Under the pieces are notes generated by a model. The model worked only from the letters and a program-made list of their open reading frames with translations. It was not told the origin of the DNA and searched no databases. Made by a program: the position numbers and the translations under genes. This document shows positions 27,101 to 38,600 of a DNA stretch of 64,000 nucleotides, in pieces. Source of the DNA: Saccostrea echinata (Eukaryota); NCBI RefSeq assembly GCF_033153115.1, contig NW_026889751.1, positions 8,804,001-8,868,000 of the forward strand. The letters are read 5' to 3'. How positions within the stretch are numbered: the first letter of the stretch is position 1; each line of letters opens with the position of its first letter.

Positions 27101-29709
27101 GGACTTACTTAAAAAAAGACAGAAAAATTACTTTTACCTTCTGAACAAAATTTTCCTGAATATCCTTGAAAACATTGACATTCAAAGCTTCCATGATTAT
27201 CAATGCAGGTTCCGTTATTATGACAAAGATTTTCTTCGCATTCGTTGATATCTGTATCAAAACGTTTCAGCATTATAGGATCATTCTGAGAAGACTTTGA
27301 TGAAAATGTAAATCTCTTATGTTAAGAAATTTTCGATAGTTTACCTATGTTACACTGATTTCCATCAAATCCTAAACTGCATAAACAGATAAAACTATCA
27401 TTAACTGCACGACATGTCCCGTTGTTAATACAAGGGCTAGAATCACAGGGATCCGTCTCTAATTAAACAGAAAATATTTACATGTATTTATAAATATTTA
27501 CATTTGCCAATGTCTTTACTTACATGACAGTACGAATTACACTGACATTCAATTTTCAATGACATGAAGTTGGTCACATGATCAGACTTTGGTGCGTATG
27601 GAAAGCAAATCGCACGAGACTTTGGAAGGTCTAGACTGTAACGTCACATGACGTCGTGCATTTACGTTATGTTGCATTTTATAACAAAGTCTAAATATTG
27701 AATAGTTTTCTGTGTAACACGAACAAAAATTAAAAAAATATATATAAATATAAGATATAAAATATTTTATATTTCGGGCGTTATAGGATTTGATCACGTG
27801 ACCAACTTCACGTCATATCCCAATGAAACTCTACAAATGATCTTATTTCTTAAATAATTTAATTCTGGTCGTAAATTTTGTACAATTGTAGAAGATATTT
27901 TTAAGGGCATTCATCTTTTTTTCTTACACAAAATATATAACATGTTATTGTGCTGTGTATTTAATTGATTAATATATAATTTTGTACTGTAATGCTTATA
28001 GGATATATGTACGACAGAATAAAGAACTGAACTGAATTGAAAATGAAAGAGAAATTAAATTTGAATGAATTTAATAGCTACCTAATTCATACGGTTCAAC
28101 GGTGTTGAAACAGTTTAAGCTTTTTTTATTATTAAATCTCTTCCAGTTTAACGGTCCCAACCCAGTTTATACCCTATAAATTGGGTAGCTATTCCTTAAA
28201 TACTATAATACAGAAAAGTGACTTACTAAAATTTTTCGAAGTGCGTTGATTTTGTCCGAAAATAAACGCACTTTGAAAAAAAAACTTTCAAAGTAGATTG
28301 ATTTTGTCCAAATTTTAAATTTGAATTTTTTTTTTCAAAGTGCAGAATTTTTTCAAAGTGCATTTCTACGCCGGTACTCTTAAGCTAAACAAAACTACAC
28401 ACTGGCAAACATTTTTTGACAATTTGCTGTAGTCATAACAACAAAATTTATTTTTCGATAAAATGTGTAGAAAAACACTATATTTCCAACCCTGGGATAC
28501 CCAATAACCTAGATGATTCTCATAATAATACTAGCTAATATAAAAATTTTAGATAACATATTTTTCCTAATTTAGATTCAAAATTCTTACCAAATTGACA
28601 AAATTCCCCTTTAAGTGTACCGGGACATACACAGTTAAATGATCCCTCCTGGTTCGTACATGATGCATTATTAAGGCAAGGAGAAAATTCTGTACATTCG
28701 TCTATATCTGAGAATTAAAACATTGAAACAAACTTCTTCAGAAAATACCAAGAAAATGTCAAAAAAAATTATTCGATAAATAAAATTAAGTTTTTTAACA
28801 TTAAAGAAAATCGGAACAAAGTAGCTTTATTTGTATGGCACAAATGTATTCATGTACCTTCGTCACAGTGTTTTCCAATATATCCCAAATGACTGGCGCA
28901 AATGCATTGATATCCCCCCAAAAGTGTTTCGACATACTCCGCCATTTTTACAAGAAGAGCTGCATTCGTCTAAATCTAAATGAATTTGATAATTACTTTT
29001 AAAAATAAATTATTAAATCTTTGTCTGATTGTCTATTATTTGTCAGAATAATATTCTTTGGCGTCCTTACCGCTTCCGCAAGATGGGCCAACATATCCTA
29101 TTCTACATTGACAATCGTAGCTGCCAGGCGTATTGAAGCATGCTCCGTTGTTATCACAAGGACTTTCACTGCATTCATCCATATCTAATTAATGAGATTT
29201 TTCATCAAATTTCAGATTAAATAAGTCTAATTAAGGAGTATGTGTCTAATTGTATATGTATAAGGTTATCTGTGATCCCGGAGTTATTAATTATATTCAA
29301 ATAAGTAAAAGTAGGAACGTGGATACAAAAATTACTGGTTTTGTTGCAAATGACAAATATTTGAAAAAGTGCTGATATTAATATACATGTATATGTTTTA
29401 ATGGAAATCGTTCAAATTGTATTATGTCTATATACTTCTTACTACACATTTCAAGGATTTACTCTTTTCACAATCAGTGCTATTAAAGTAATAAGTAGTA
29501 AACATTTTCACAAACAGTACCCTCAAGTATTTACCCTTTTCACAAGCAGTTCCAAGCCATCCGTTGGAACAGCTACAGGAGAAAGACCCCTGTGTATTTA
29601 TACAGCTTCCTCCATTATACATTCATCAATGTCTTAAACGTAAACAAATAATCTTGAATGACAACTATCTAAACTGAGGAACTTTAATTTTAAAGAGTAT
29701 ATTAATATA

Positions 29710-30380
29710 TATATATATATATATATATAATACCAACAACTACCTTTTGACTTTGATCTTGGAGTTTGACCTACTTTTGAAAAACTTTAACCTTGGCCAT
29801 AATTTTTGAAGAGTTGGTTCTAGGGCTTTCATACTTCACATGTGTATTCCTTATGACAAGACCTTCCTTTGGATATCAACAATTATAGCCCATTGACGTT
29901 GATCTTGTAGTTTGAACTACTTTTTGGGAATTTTAACCTTGGTCATTACTTTTGAACGGTTGGCTCAAGGGCTTTCATACTTCACATATGTAATTCTTGT
30001 GACAGAATATTAATTTGGATACCAACAACTTTGACCTTTAACTTGGAGTTTTACCTTCTTTTAAAAAAAAAATTAACCTTGGTCATAACTTCTGAACGAT
30101 TGATGCCAGGGCTTTCATATTTCTTGTGAAAAGGCCTTTTCTTGGACACCATTGATTTTGACCATTTGACCTTGATGTTTGATTTACTTCTGAAAAATTT
30201 TAACCGTTTCCATATCTTTTTAATGGTTGTTGATAGGGCTTTCATATTTCACAGGTATATTTCTCGAGACAAGACCTTACTTTGGGTACCAACATATTTG
30301 ATTTGCTTTTGTTAAATTTTAACCTTCGCTATAAGTTGCCATACGGAGGCATCAGTGTTTCACAAACACATCTTGTTTTT
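29710..30380. mobile_element. HINE-like fragment with ttgaccttg-rich tandem units
   Basis: Repeated ttaaccttgg..agggctttcata units; end ggcatcagtgtttcacaaacacatcttgttttt. Confidence 0.6.
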
Positions 30381-32299
30381 AATAAGCGTTTCTTGACTCA
30401 TTTACAAGAAAGCATAATATATCAAAATAATAGACAGAGAAATAAAAATATTTGTAAAATACCTTGAGCACAATTCGGAGGTTCCTAGTCAGTGTTACAT
30501 TTGCATGTAAAAGACCCTGGAGTGTTTGTGCAGTTTCCATTATGGCATGGAAATGGAGACTCGTCGCATTCATTAATATCTAGGCAACAGTGCAATCCAT
30601 ACATTTTTTAAATGAATCAATGGTTCACTAAATAATCACGTCGATCCTGTTTTACGTTTTGTTATTCAATTTTGAAACGATATACAAACATGCCCATTGA
30701 AGAAAAATTAAGGGAAATAACTTTTGACTCAAACAAAAAACAAAGCGTTCAAACAGAACACTCTGACAGTGATTGAAAAAATATTCTTCTGTCTAAAATA
30801 TGACTGAAAAAAAAAATAGTATTAATAGTATGAATGATATAGCCTGTGTTAGAAGAAGTATTTTTATGAGTGATTATCTTCTTTATTTATCATTATTTTC
30901 TATGTTCTGTTTGCTCAAACATTTTTTTAGTTTCAGGACGAAAACTATTGTACATTTTATCGATCAGTAGAAGTTGTTCGATGAAATATACACATTAGTC
31001 TATGTTCTATGTCAGTTTAGAATGTACATGTATATTAATTTTGTCATTTTACTTACTGTAGTAATACAGCGTGAGTCAATACAACTTTTTGTCGGTGTAT
31101 AAGAAGTTTTTCACTCCATGTTCTCTGGTTTGATCCCATTTTACACACATTTGAAATTCATGTATAGAAAAATATGTGTGCAAAATGGGAATTTGTCCAG
31201 GAAAGATAATTACTTAATTGCTATAGCCTGTATCATAGTTGGTATATATAAGGAAAGCTGAATCTAGGAAATAGTTGGAAATAAAGTCATATGCACTTGA
31301 TATCAAGATTTATTACAGTTTATTTTATCTTTGATTAACTTATTTCATAAGACCATATATTTAGGCATTATTTTTGTCTGTTTTTAATCTGTTATTTGAA
31401 AAACAGACTGAAATGGGATCTAAATATTCTCTTTCTTTTTTTTCTTTCAAAAATACATTTGTAAAATAAAGGTAAATCCAAGTAGAATGCAGACTATATT
31501 GTTATGAAAACACAATTCACACCTATTGTTCTATACCTAATTTTCAAATGTGTGCAAAAGGGGAACACACAATGTTCTCTTACCAACATCGCATTGCTTT
31601 GAAGTCCACCCGCTTTTGCATACACAATAATAAGAACCAGGGGTATTCACACATCTTCCTTGGTTATCACACGGACCGCTCATACATTCGTCAATATCTC
31701 TGTATTAAGATTGATAATTCAGCATCTTGAACACATACCCTAAAACATTTTTATGAAAAAATACTTAAGATGAGAATTAGGATTTTTGTACAATTATGAA
31801 AATGTGTGATTTCTTTTGTCTGATATTCTTTTCTCCTTTTTATTAGGACATTTTAATCATTTATTGATTATGAAATCATTATTTTATTGAAATAAAACAA
31901 ATATAAAACAGTCAAAATGCTATCAGAGAGACTTAAAAAAATTCCAAACTGAATTTTCTTATTTGTACAGTATATCAACATACTGTGAGTGTCATACTTG
32001 ACATTATAAGTTTACACTCTCATACTTGACTTTAGAAGTTTACTCAGTGAGATTTTATGGCAGATATTATACATTTAAAAAATTTACATAGGTAAACGGT
32101 ATATAACCTTCTTCACACTTGCTTCCTTTAAATCCAGTTGGACATGTGCAGGTAAATCCTGTTGGTTTCTCATGACACGTTCCTCCATTTTTACATTTTG
32201 TCCCATCGCATTTGAATAGATCTGAAATTTGAAATGGTGTCTATTGATAAGAAAAGTTCAGCCACCATTAATATACATAATGATAAATTGTGTCTTCAC

Positions 32300-32335
<36 letters not shown>

Positions 32336-32391
32336 TAAATGTTTAAAATCTGAAAATATTGGAGGAAAACTATGTAGGATAGGATTCTTAC

Positions 32392-32626
32392 TTGTGCAGT
32401 ACTTGATGTAGTCAGCACAGCAATCTTTTAGCCGAAGACACTCTTCGTCACAGTAACAGACACCGTAGCCAGAATGATAGAGGTAAGGTCCTCGAGCGTT
32501 ACATCCGCTATTTAAACCAGGACAACACAATCCAGCTCCCGCACAATTTGTGGCACTTTTCACCCACTGAACTAGACAACAGAATATGAATGATATTCCA
32601 GAGATTAAGATATTTGATCTTAGCAT
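32392..32626 (-). CDS. Exon 1 of gene 3: signal peptide + SMB domain (this exon itself is open)
   Basis: MLRSNILISGISFIFCCLVQWVKSATNCAGAGLCCPGLNSGC...CYCDEECLRLKDCCADYIKYCT|gtaag; the CxCDxxCxxxxDCCxDY motif is the SMB signature. Confidence 0.85.
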
Positions 32627-32896
32627 GCTTAAATCAAATGTGTCTTTCGATGTCAAAGCTTAAGCTGTATTATTTGATCTAAAACTTCCGGGTTTACTTG
32701 AGCTACAATGTCAGGTAGAGTGTTCAAGTAGTTCTGTGCTTTTATTTTCTTATATTCTTTGAAAGTGCATTTACTGTTCCCTGATAATTTTATAAAACCA
32801 GGTAAATCAAATCTTTTTGCTGACCTTTTAAAGCAGTAAATATATAAAAATAACCAAGATGTGTTGAAACGTTATTTAAACTCTTAGGATATCGAT

Positions 32897-33365
32897 ATGT
32901 TAGAACAGGTGATTTTGTGCATAGTATTTGTGAATATGTTTTTGGCTTCTGTGAAAGCTGTAGATAGTTGTGTTGTAGTAGACACAACAGAACTTGCTCT
33001 TGAAAAGCGTAATCACAAAAAATGAGGTCAGCGTGTTGAGTCTGTGAGAGGCATAGCAAGTTCTATACAAATAATGTAACATTTGTTGACACAGGTCAAA
33101 AGAAAATACTTGCATTATTATTATTACTATTTCCTAATGGCCAATAAACATTTAGATGTCATATTTTGAAACAAAATAGGTTTTTTTTAATTCATTGGAT
33201 CGTGCAGATCATTTAACTCTTGTGTTGTTACTAGTAAATTTTAAGATTGATTTTCAGATATAAACGAATGCCTCAACAGTCCATGTCAACATGGAGTTTA
33301 CCAAGTGTAAGGATTATACAAATGTTCCTGCAATGATGGATCGAATGGCTACAACTGTGACGCAG
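32897..33365 (+). pseudogene. Relic of a gene-4-type plus-strand gene: decayed exon 1 (from 32897) and an orphan EGF exon (33258-33365)
   Basis: gatatcgatATGTTAGAACAGGTGATTTTG...tgtgaaagctgtaga..tgtgttgtagtagacacaacagaac aligns with gene 4 exon 1 (gatatcaatATGTTAGGACAGGTGGTTTTG...tgtgaaagctgtaga..tgtgttgtactggacacaacaggac). 33258-33365 reads DINECLNSPCQHGVYQV*GLYKCSCNDG..CDA and resembles gene 4 exon 37833-37943. Confidence 0.75.
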
Positions 33366-33571
33366 GTATAAATTGAGAAAAAAATGTAATCTTTAGCTAA
33401 TGTTTATTTACAATAGCGCACTACGCACAAAATTTATGATGATCATATAAAGTTAATAGAGAAGACTAATGACAACTGTTTTAGATAATATAAAATATTT
33501 CAAATTGCAATTTAAGATTCGTTGTTCTTTCTTTGAATTTTAATAATTTGCCTTATTCTATTAAAGTTACA

Positions 33572-34726
33572 TTTGTTGTCCCCCGCTTTCACTGAAAGTG
33601 GGGGATATTAATTTGGGTCCGTCCGTCTGTATTTCTGTCTGTCTGTAACACTTTCGTTTCCGCGCGATGTCTCGAGAACCCTTTCAGCTGTCGCAATGAA
33701 ATTTTGCATAGCAACTCCCTATGGCCTAAAGAAGAAACCTATTGATTTTGAGGTCAAAAGGTCAAAGGTCAAGGTCATTAATTAATAAATTCTGTCTGTT
33801 TTAACACTTTCTTTTCCGCGGGATATCTCAAGAATCCTTTGAGCTTTTACAATGAAATTTTACATAGCCACTCCCTGTGGCCTAAGGAAGACCACTATTG
33901 ATTTTAAGGTCAAAAGGTCAAACTTCAAGGTCGTAAATTCATACATTTCGACTGTGTGTAACACTTTCGTTCCGGGCGATATCTTAAGAAGCTTTTGAGC
34001 TTTTGCAATGAAATTTTACACCATACCTCTCTTGCCCCTCTCAAAGTGTCCCGCCCCGTTTTTTTTTAATTTATTGTATTAATAGTCGCTTGGGAATATT
34101 TTTAGCACAGGGCCATGTGGAGAGTTATTACGTATAATACAGGTTGTCGGCGGACTGTATATTCTAATTACATCTATCAGAACTGTTAAGTAAAGGCTAA
34201 ATTAGACACCATGTATTGTGTAAAAATTTGACAATATCGAACGTGAATATAAACAATTTATGTGACCTAATGTTTGCATTTAATTTGCTGTATAATCAAG
34301 TGTCTCCGTGGTCTAAGGGTATGACTTTCGCTAAGCATGTGAGGGTCCCCGGGTTCAAATCCCAGTCGATCCTTTTTTTTGATTTTTTTTTTTTTGATTT
34401 ATTACATAAATGATAGGATTCAGCATGTGAAATGAAAAAGTTATGACTTCTGGATTGGACAAACAAAATCATTAATATAGTGTGATAAATATACTATTCA
34501 AAAAGAATCTTCTATACACATATTAAAGAATAAGCAATGACATCCTTATATCCATATTGGCATTTTTTATTTGCTTCAATATACATGTATACATTTAATA
34601 ATTCTACAAATCAAAGGGGGGGGGGGTAGTCCGACCCCCCCCCCACCCCCCACCCCCGAACTACGCATGCTCTTCTTTTTTTTTCTCTAAGCGGGGGACA
34701 CAAATTCTCCGAATTAGCTTGTTTAT
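33572..34726. mobile_element. Helentron/HINE-like element between the duplicated promoters
   Basis: Subterminal inverted repeat gtcccccgctt / aagcgggggac, (gtct)n, and three ~150-bp aacactttc..ggtcaaaaggtcaa units. Confidence 0.7.
34302..34372 (+). pseudogene. Degenerate tRNA-Pro-like sequence followed by a T-run
   Basis: GGTCTAAGGGTATGACTTTCGCT..GAGGGTCCCCGGGTTCAAATCCC resembles tRNA-Pro GGTCTAGGGGTATGATTCTCGCT..GAGAGGTCCCGGGTTCAAATCCC; acceptor stem and anticodon are damaged. Confidence 0.55.
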
Positions 34727-34934
34727 TTCTAATTTAAGAATTTTTGTTAATCTGAAATATATATACTATTAATGAATATATATACTATTAATGTTCATGT
34801 TTTCTCAAATAGCTCCATTCTTGTAGAGAACATAATTAAATGACACAAAATAAACATGAACAGCAAAAAAGACAAGGATGGTCTTTAAAATAAGAGGGAG
34901 AGAGAGAAAATCAGACAATATTGAGGGAGCTTAA

Positions 34935-35225
34935 ACTTGTGCAGTACCAATCTCAACTATACTTGGCTATTTCCGTAACCGCAAATACCTTTTAAAGGAC
35001 TAGAACGTGTGACCTGTTTGGTGCAGTGATTAATGTAATCGCCACAGCAGTCTCTCTCTTCGTCACATTGACAGGCACCGTAGTTTGGATGAAAATAGCT
35101 TTATATCCGCTGTTTAAACCAGAGTAGCATTTCCACCTTTTGCACAATTTGGGTTTTCTTGTTCACCCAATGAACAACAAAATATGATTAATATTTTTAA
35201 AGATTAAAATATTTTATCTTGGCAT
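34935..35225 (-). pseudogene. Relic of a gene-3-type exon 1 (signal peptide + SMB)
   Basis: Minus strand: ATG at 35225 in the same aagcATG context as gene 3, early stop, residual YGACQCDEE..RDCCGDYINHCT, and tactgcacaag matching the end of gene 3 exon 1. Confidence 0.75.
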
Positions 35226-35530
35226 GCTTAAAACTAATTCAATCGAGCAATCTAGGTCAAAGCTGAAGCAGTATTTGATTTAAAATTTCATTAACTAGAA
35301 CGACATTGATACTTTCTACACCTTTGATTTCTTTTTAAGTCAAAATTCATGTTTGTGCATATCAATTAATTTATTGTTTTTTGCACATAGTGAAAGTGTG
35401 CTGTTAAAAAATGAGTTCAACAAACATATACTCTGTAAAACAAATTTTCTTGGCAACGTGCACTTTATGTTTGCTGATGATTTTATAACACCAGTTAAAG
35501 CAATTCTGAGTTGCCGACCTTTTATAGCAG

Positions 35531-35538
35531 TATATAAA
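35531..35538 (+). promoter_or_regulatory. Candidate TATA box for gene 4, conserved in the duplicate at 32841-32848
   Basis: TATATAAA starts 79 nt upstream of the ATG; the context gaccttt.a.agcagta is shared by both duplicated intergenic copies. Confidence 0.5.
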
Positions 35539-35609
35539 TAAAACAAAAAAGAATTTGAGATAACCGGGAAGTGTGGAACATTTTATTAAAGAACTCTAAA
35601 GATATCAAT

Positions 35610-38600
35610 ATGTTAGGACAGGTGGTTTTGGGGATAGTGTTGGTGATCATATTCTTTGCTTTGGTTGAGTGTGAAAGCTGTAGAGAGGCAGGGCTGTGTT
35701 GTACTGGACACAACAGGACCTGTCACTCACGGACTGGACACACTGACCATTGTTTTTGTGATGATGCTTGTCAAGAGCTAGGGGACTGCTGTGGGGATTT
35801 TCTATTCACCTGTGTAAATAGAGGTATGTTTTTAATCACTCATTTTTTACTGGTCAATATACAGTATGTTTTTATAAAATTTTGAAACTTTTTTAAATAT
35901 AGTGCACACAAAGGGTCGTGCTATATTACAAGATATTACACATGTTTATTGTTTCTTTTCACAGTAAAATCTTATCAAGTTCGTCGAAAACGGAGGTCGG
36001 CAGGAATGAGTAAGTTATGATATATGTACACTTATTTAGGTTTCTCACCCATCATATCATATCTCATTAAGATACTAGTATGTCCTCGCATATTCAGGTC
36101 CTTGTTTGGATTTTTTCTAAAACTTTGACATCAATGAAAATTTTTGGGAGACCAATTTTCAAAAACTCAATACTAAACTTTAAATAGTGCTTGCAAATTT
36201 TGGACACAAAGAAAATAAAAATTTTCACTAACCTTTTTAGTTTACGTAATCAGAGAGTTGTCTTATTTCCCGATAAGGTAAACATATGGACAACCATGGT
36301 AAGCTGTGTTAACTTTTATATTTCTTTATTAGAATGCGCACCTGTTGATCTTATGTTTGTAATGGACGAATCTGGAAGCGTTGGATTTGCAAACTACAAG
36401 AAGATGCTAAGATTTGTCAGAGATTTACTAAGAAACTTTAAAATTGGACCAAGTGATATGAGGGTTGCTATGATCAAATTTGGCTTTTATGCAGACCTTG
36501 TGTTCAATTTTTATAACTATGTAACCTTCTTAGATATACGTCATACTTTGCAAAATATGGAATCGAATTACGCCGGAGGCGGAACTGATACAGCAGCTGG
36601 TTTAAGACAGGCTCAGATCATTACCAGGTATAGTCGTCCCAATGCCGCCAAAGCTGCTATTGTTTTAACTGATGGACATTCAAACAATTGGAAGGCAACC
36701 ATAGACGAAGCAGGAAGTCTTCAACGCACAGACACTAAAGTATTTTGTGTTGGTATTGGAAGATTTGTAAACTTGACAGAACTAAGAATTATTGCTAGTG
36801 ACCCTGACTCTAATTACCTTGTGACTACCATCGACTTCAACGATTTATATAACAAACTTCAACATTTTATTAATGGTCTTTGTGAAGGTGAGATTGATAA
36901 GAAATTCTGTAATTGTTATATTGTGTTAGTCAAGTATAAAGCATTTATGGGACTTTGATTCGTGCTTTTGCACTAGACTCATTTCTAAGTTTCTAAAAAT
37001 ATATATCTGGACAAAAGCTCGAATGAAGAATGCAAACATGTATGTTGATCTCTTGTTTAATACAGCACAAGAGCACTCTTCATTCAGGTGATTGTCAAGA
37101 TATGCATTTTATGTCTTTTTTTTTTACTCTTCTTGGACTAAATCTAGAAAGCATGCTGCAAGAAAGAGAGGCATACCAACGAAGAAGTCTGACGTATTTT
37201 CCATGTGGCAAAGTAACTGTAGCCACAAGAAGTCCTTTCATTTTTTTCATTAAGCTAGATATTCTGTTTCTTATGTACATTGAATGATAAAGTATTACTA
37301 TATGGCTGTGTTTTATTTAATAGAGGCACATATAGTCAAAGATCACTCAACATCCTTCCCCTCTTCAAATTTTCCAGTACTTTATAAAAAGTTCTGAAAT
37401 GGGTTATCATGTTTTAAAAATAACAATAAATTTATTTATCTATTTCAGACATTGATGAATGTCAGTCTTCACCTTGTGCAAATGGGTTATGTATAAATAC
37501 TGTTGGATCTTATCACTGTAACTGCTTTACTGGTTGGACATCATTACACTGTGATAAGGGTGAGTGTCATCAAAAGTTTACGATAAAATTTGAGTTTTCT
37601 TATAAAATAAGTCTTTAATGTTCTTTTCTACAGACATTGACGAATGTACTGATAAGCCAATCTACCCTTGTATCCATGGAGATTGTGCCAATTCCCCGGG
37701 AAGCTTCACGTGTAACTGTAAAACAGGGTTTACTGGTGATGACTGCAGCAAAGGTGATTACATTATTGAATTGATATAAAAATGTCATTTAAATCATATA
37801 ATGCTCTTTTGTAAATTGTAACTTTGAATCAGATATAGACGAATGCCTAAGCAATCCTTGTCAGCATGGAGTTTGTCAAAACACACCCGGATCATACCAA
37901 TGCTCCTGCAATAATGGATGGATTGGCAAACACTGTGACGGAGGTACAGTATGGACAGACTTCCAGTCGTTAGCTAATACTTATTTTAAAAAGAAACAAC
38001 TGTATATTACTCAGAAAATCTGTACCAACAGTAAAAAGTTAACGTAAAATAGATTGGGTGGATCCAATATCCCATTGGATTTGTGGCCTTTATTTATTAG
38101 ATAACCCACCTTTTTGTGGACAGGCAGGTTGTGTTTTGTAGGTTATTGAGAAGTTGATTCTATTGCAAGTTTAGGTTATGTTTGTTGGGGGTCAGATTGC
38201 ATAATACTTATTGAAGATACTCTTTGTTTGTCAATATTTTCTAGTCATTATTTGTACAAGTTTTATATTTGTCTTTATTAAATGACATTTTTTAAAAATT
38301 GAACACTGTGTTACTGGTTCTGCCTGTATGATAAAAAACAAGCTTAATCAACCCGGCAAGGTATTTATGCAATCAATGGAATATAAATTATACTGCTATC
38401 GACTTTCAGAATTACTTAAAGAATTTAAATTGTGTTATGCTGAGATTATGTTTTCTTAAATAGTTGCATTCTTACAGAGAACAAGTAATAAACTCTAAAG
38501 TATAGCGAAAATAAATCCTTTATTATTAAATTCTTGTATTAGATATCGATGAGTGTTTGACCTCGCCATCGGTGTGTTGTAATGGGGACTGTACAAACAC

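Larger units (their letters stand above)
22167..32626 (-). pseudogene. Gene 3: disabled signal peptide - somatomedin-B (SMB) - 18 EGF - VWA - VWA paralog
   Basis: Minus-strand exons. SP+SMB 32392-32626 (CCPG..C..CYCDEECLRLKDCCADY). EGF 32108-32221, 31584-31697, 30463-30579 (TAG at 30485-87), 29535-29632 (deletion, 98 nt), 29071-29184, 28858-28975 (+1 nt), 28591-28707, 27345-27458, 27138-27251, 26724-26837, 26515-26628 (Cys>Tyr), 26308-26421, 25978-26091, 25809-25922, 25588-25707 (GC donor), 25273-25389 (TAA at 25328-30), 25082-25188 (107 nt), 24884-24997. VWA-1 24173-24743 (two frameshifts). VWA-2 22167-22783 (frameshifted, ends CSNRINA*). Confidence 0.88.
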
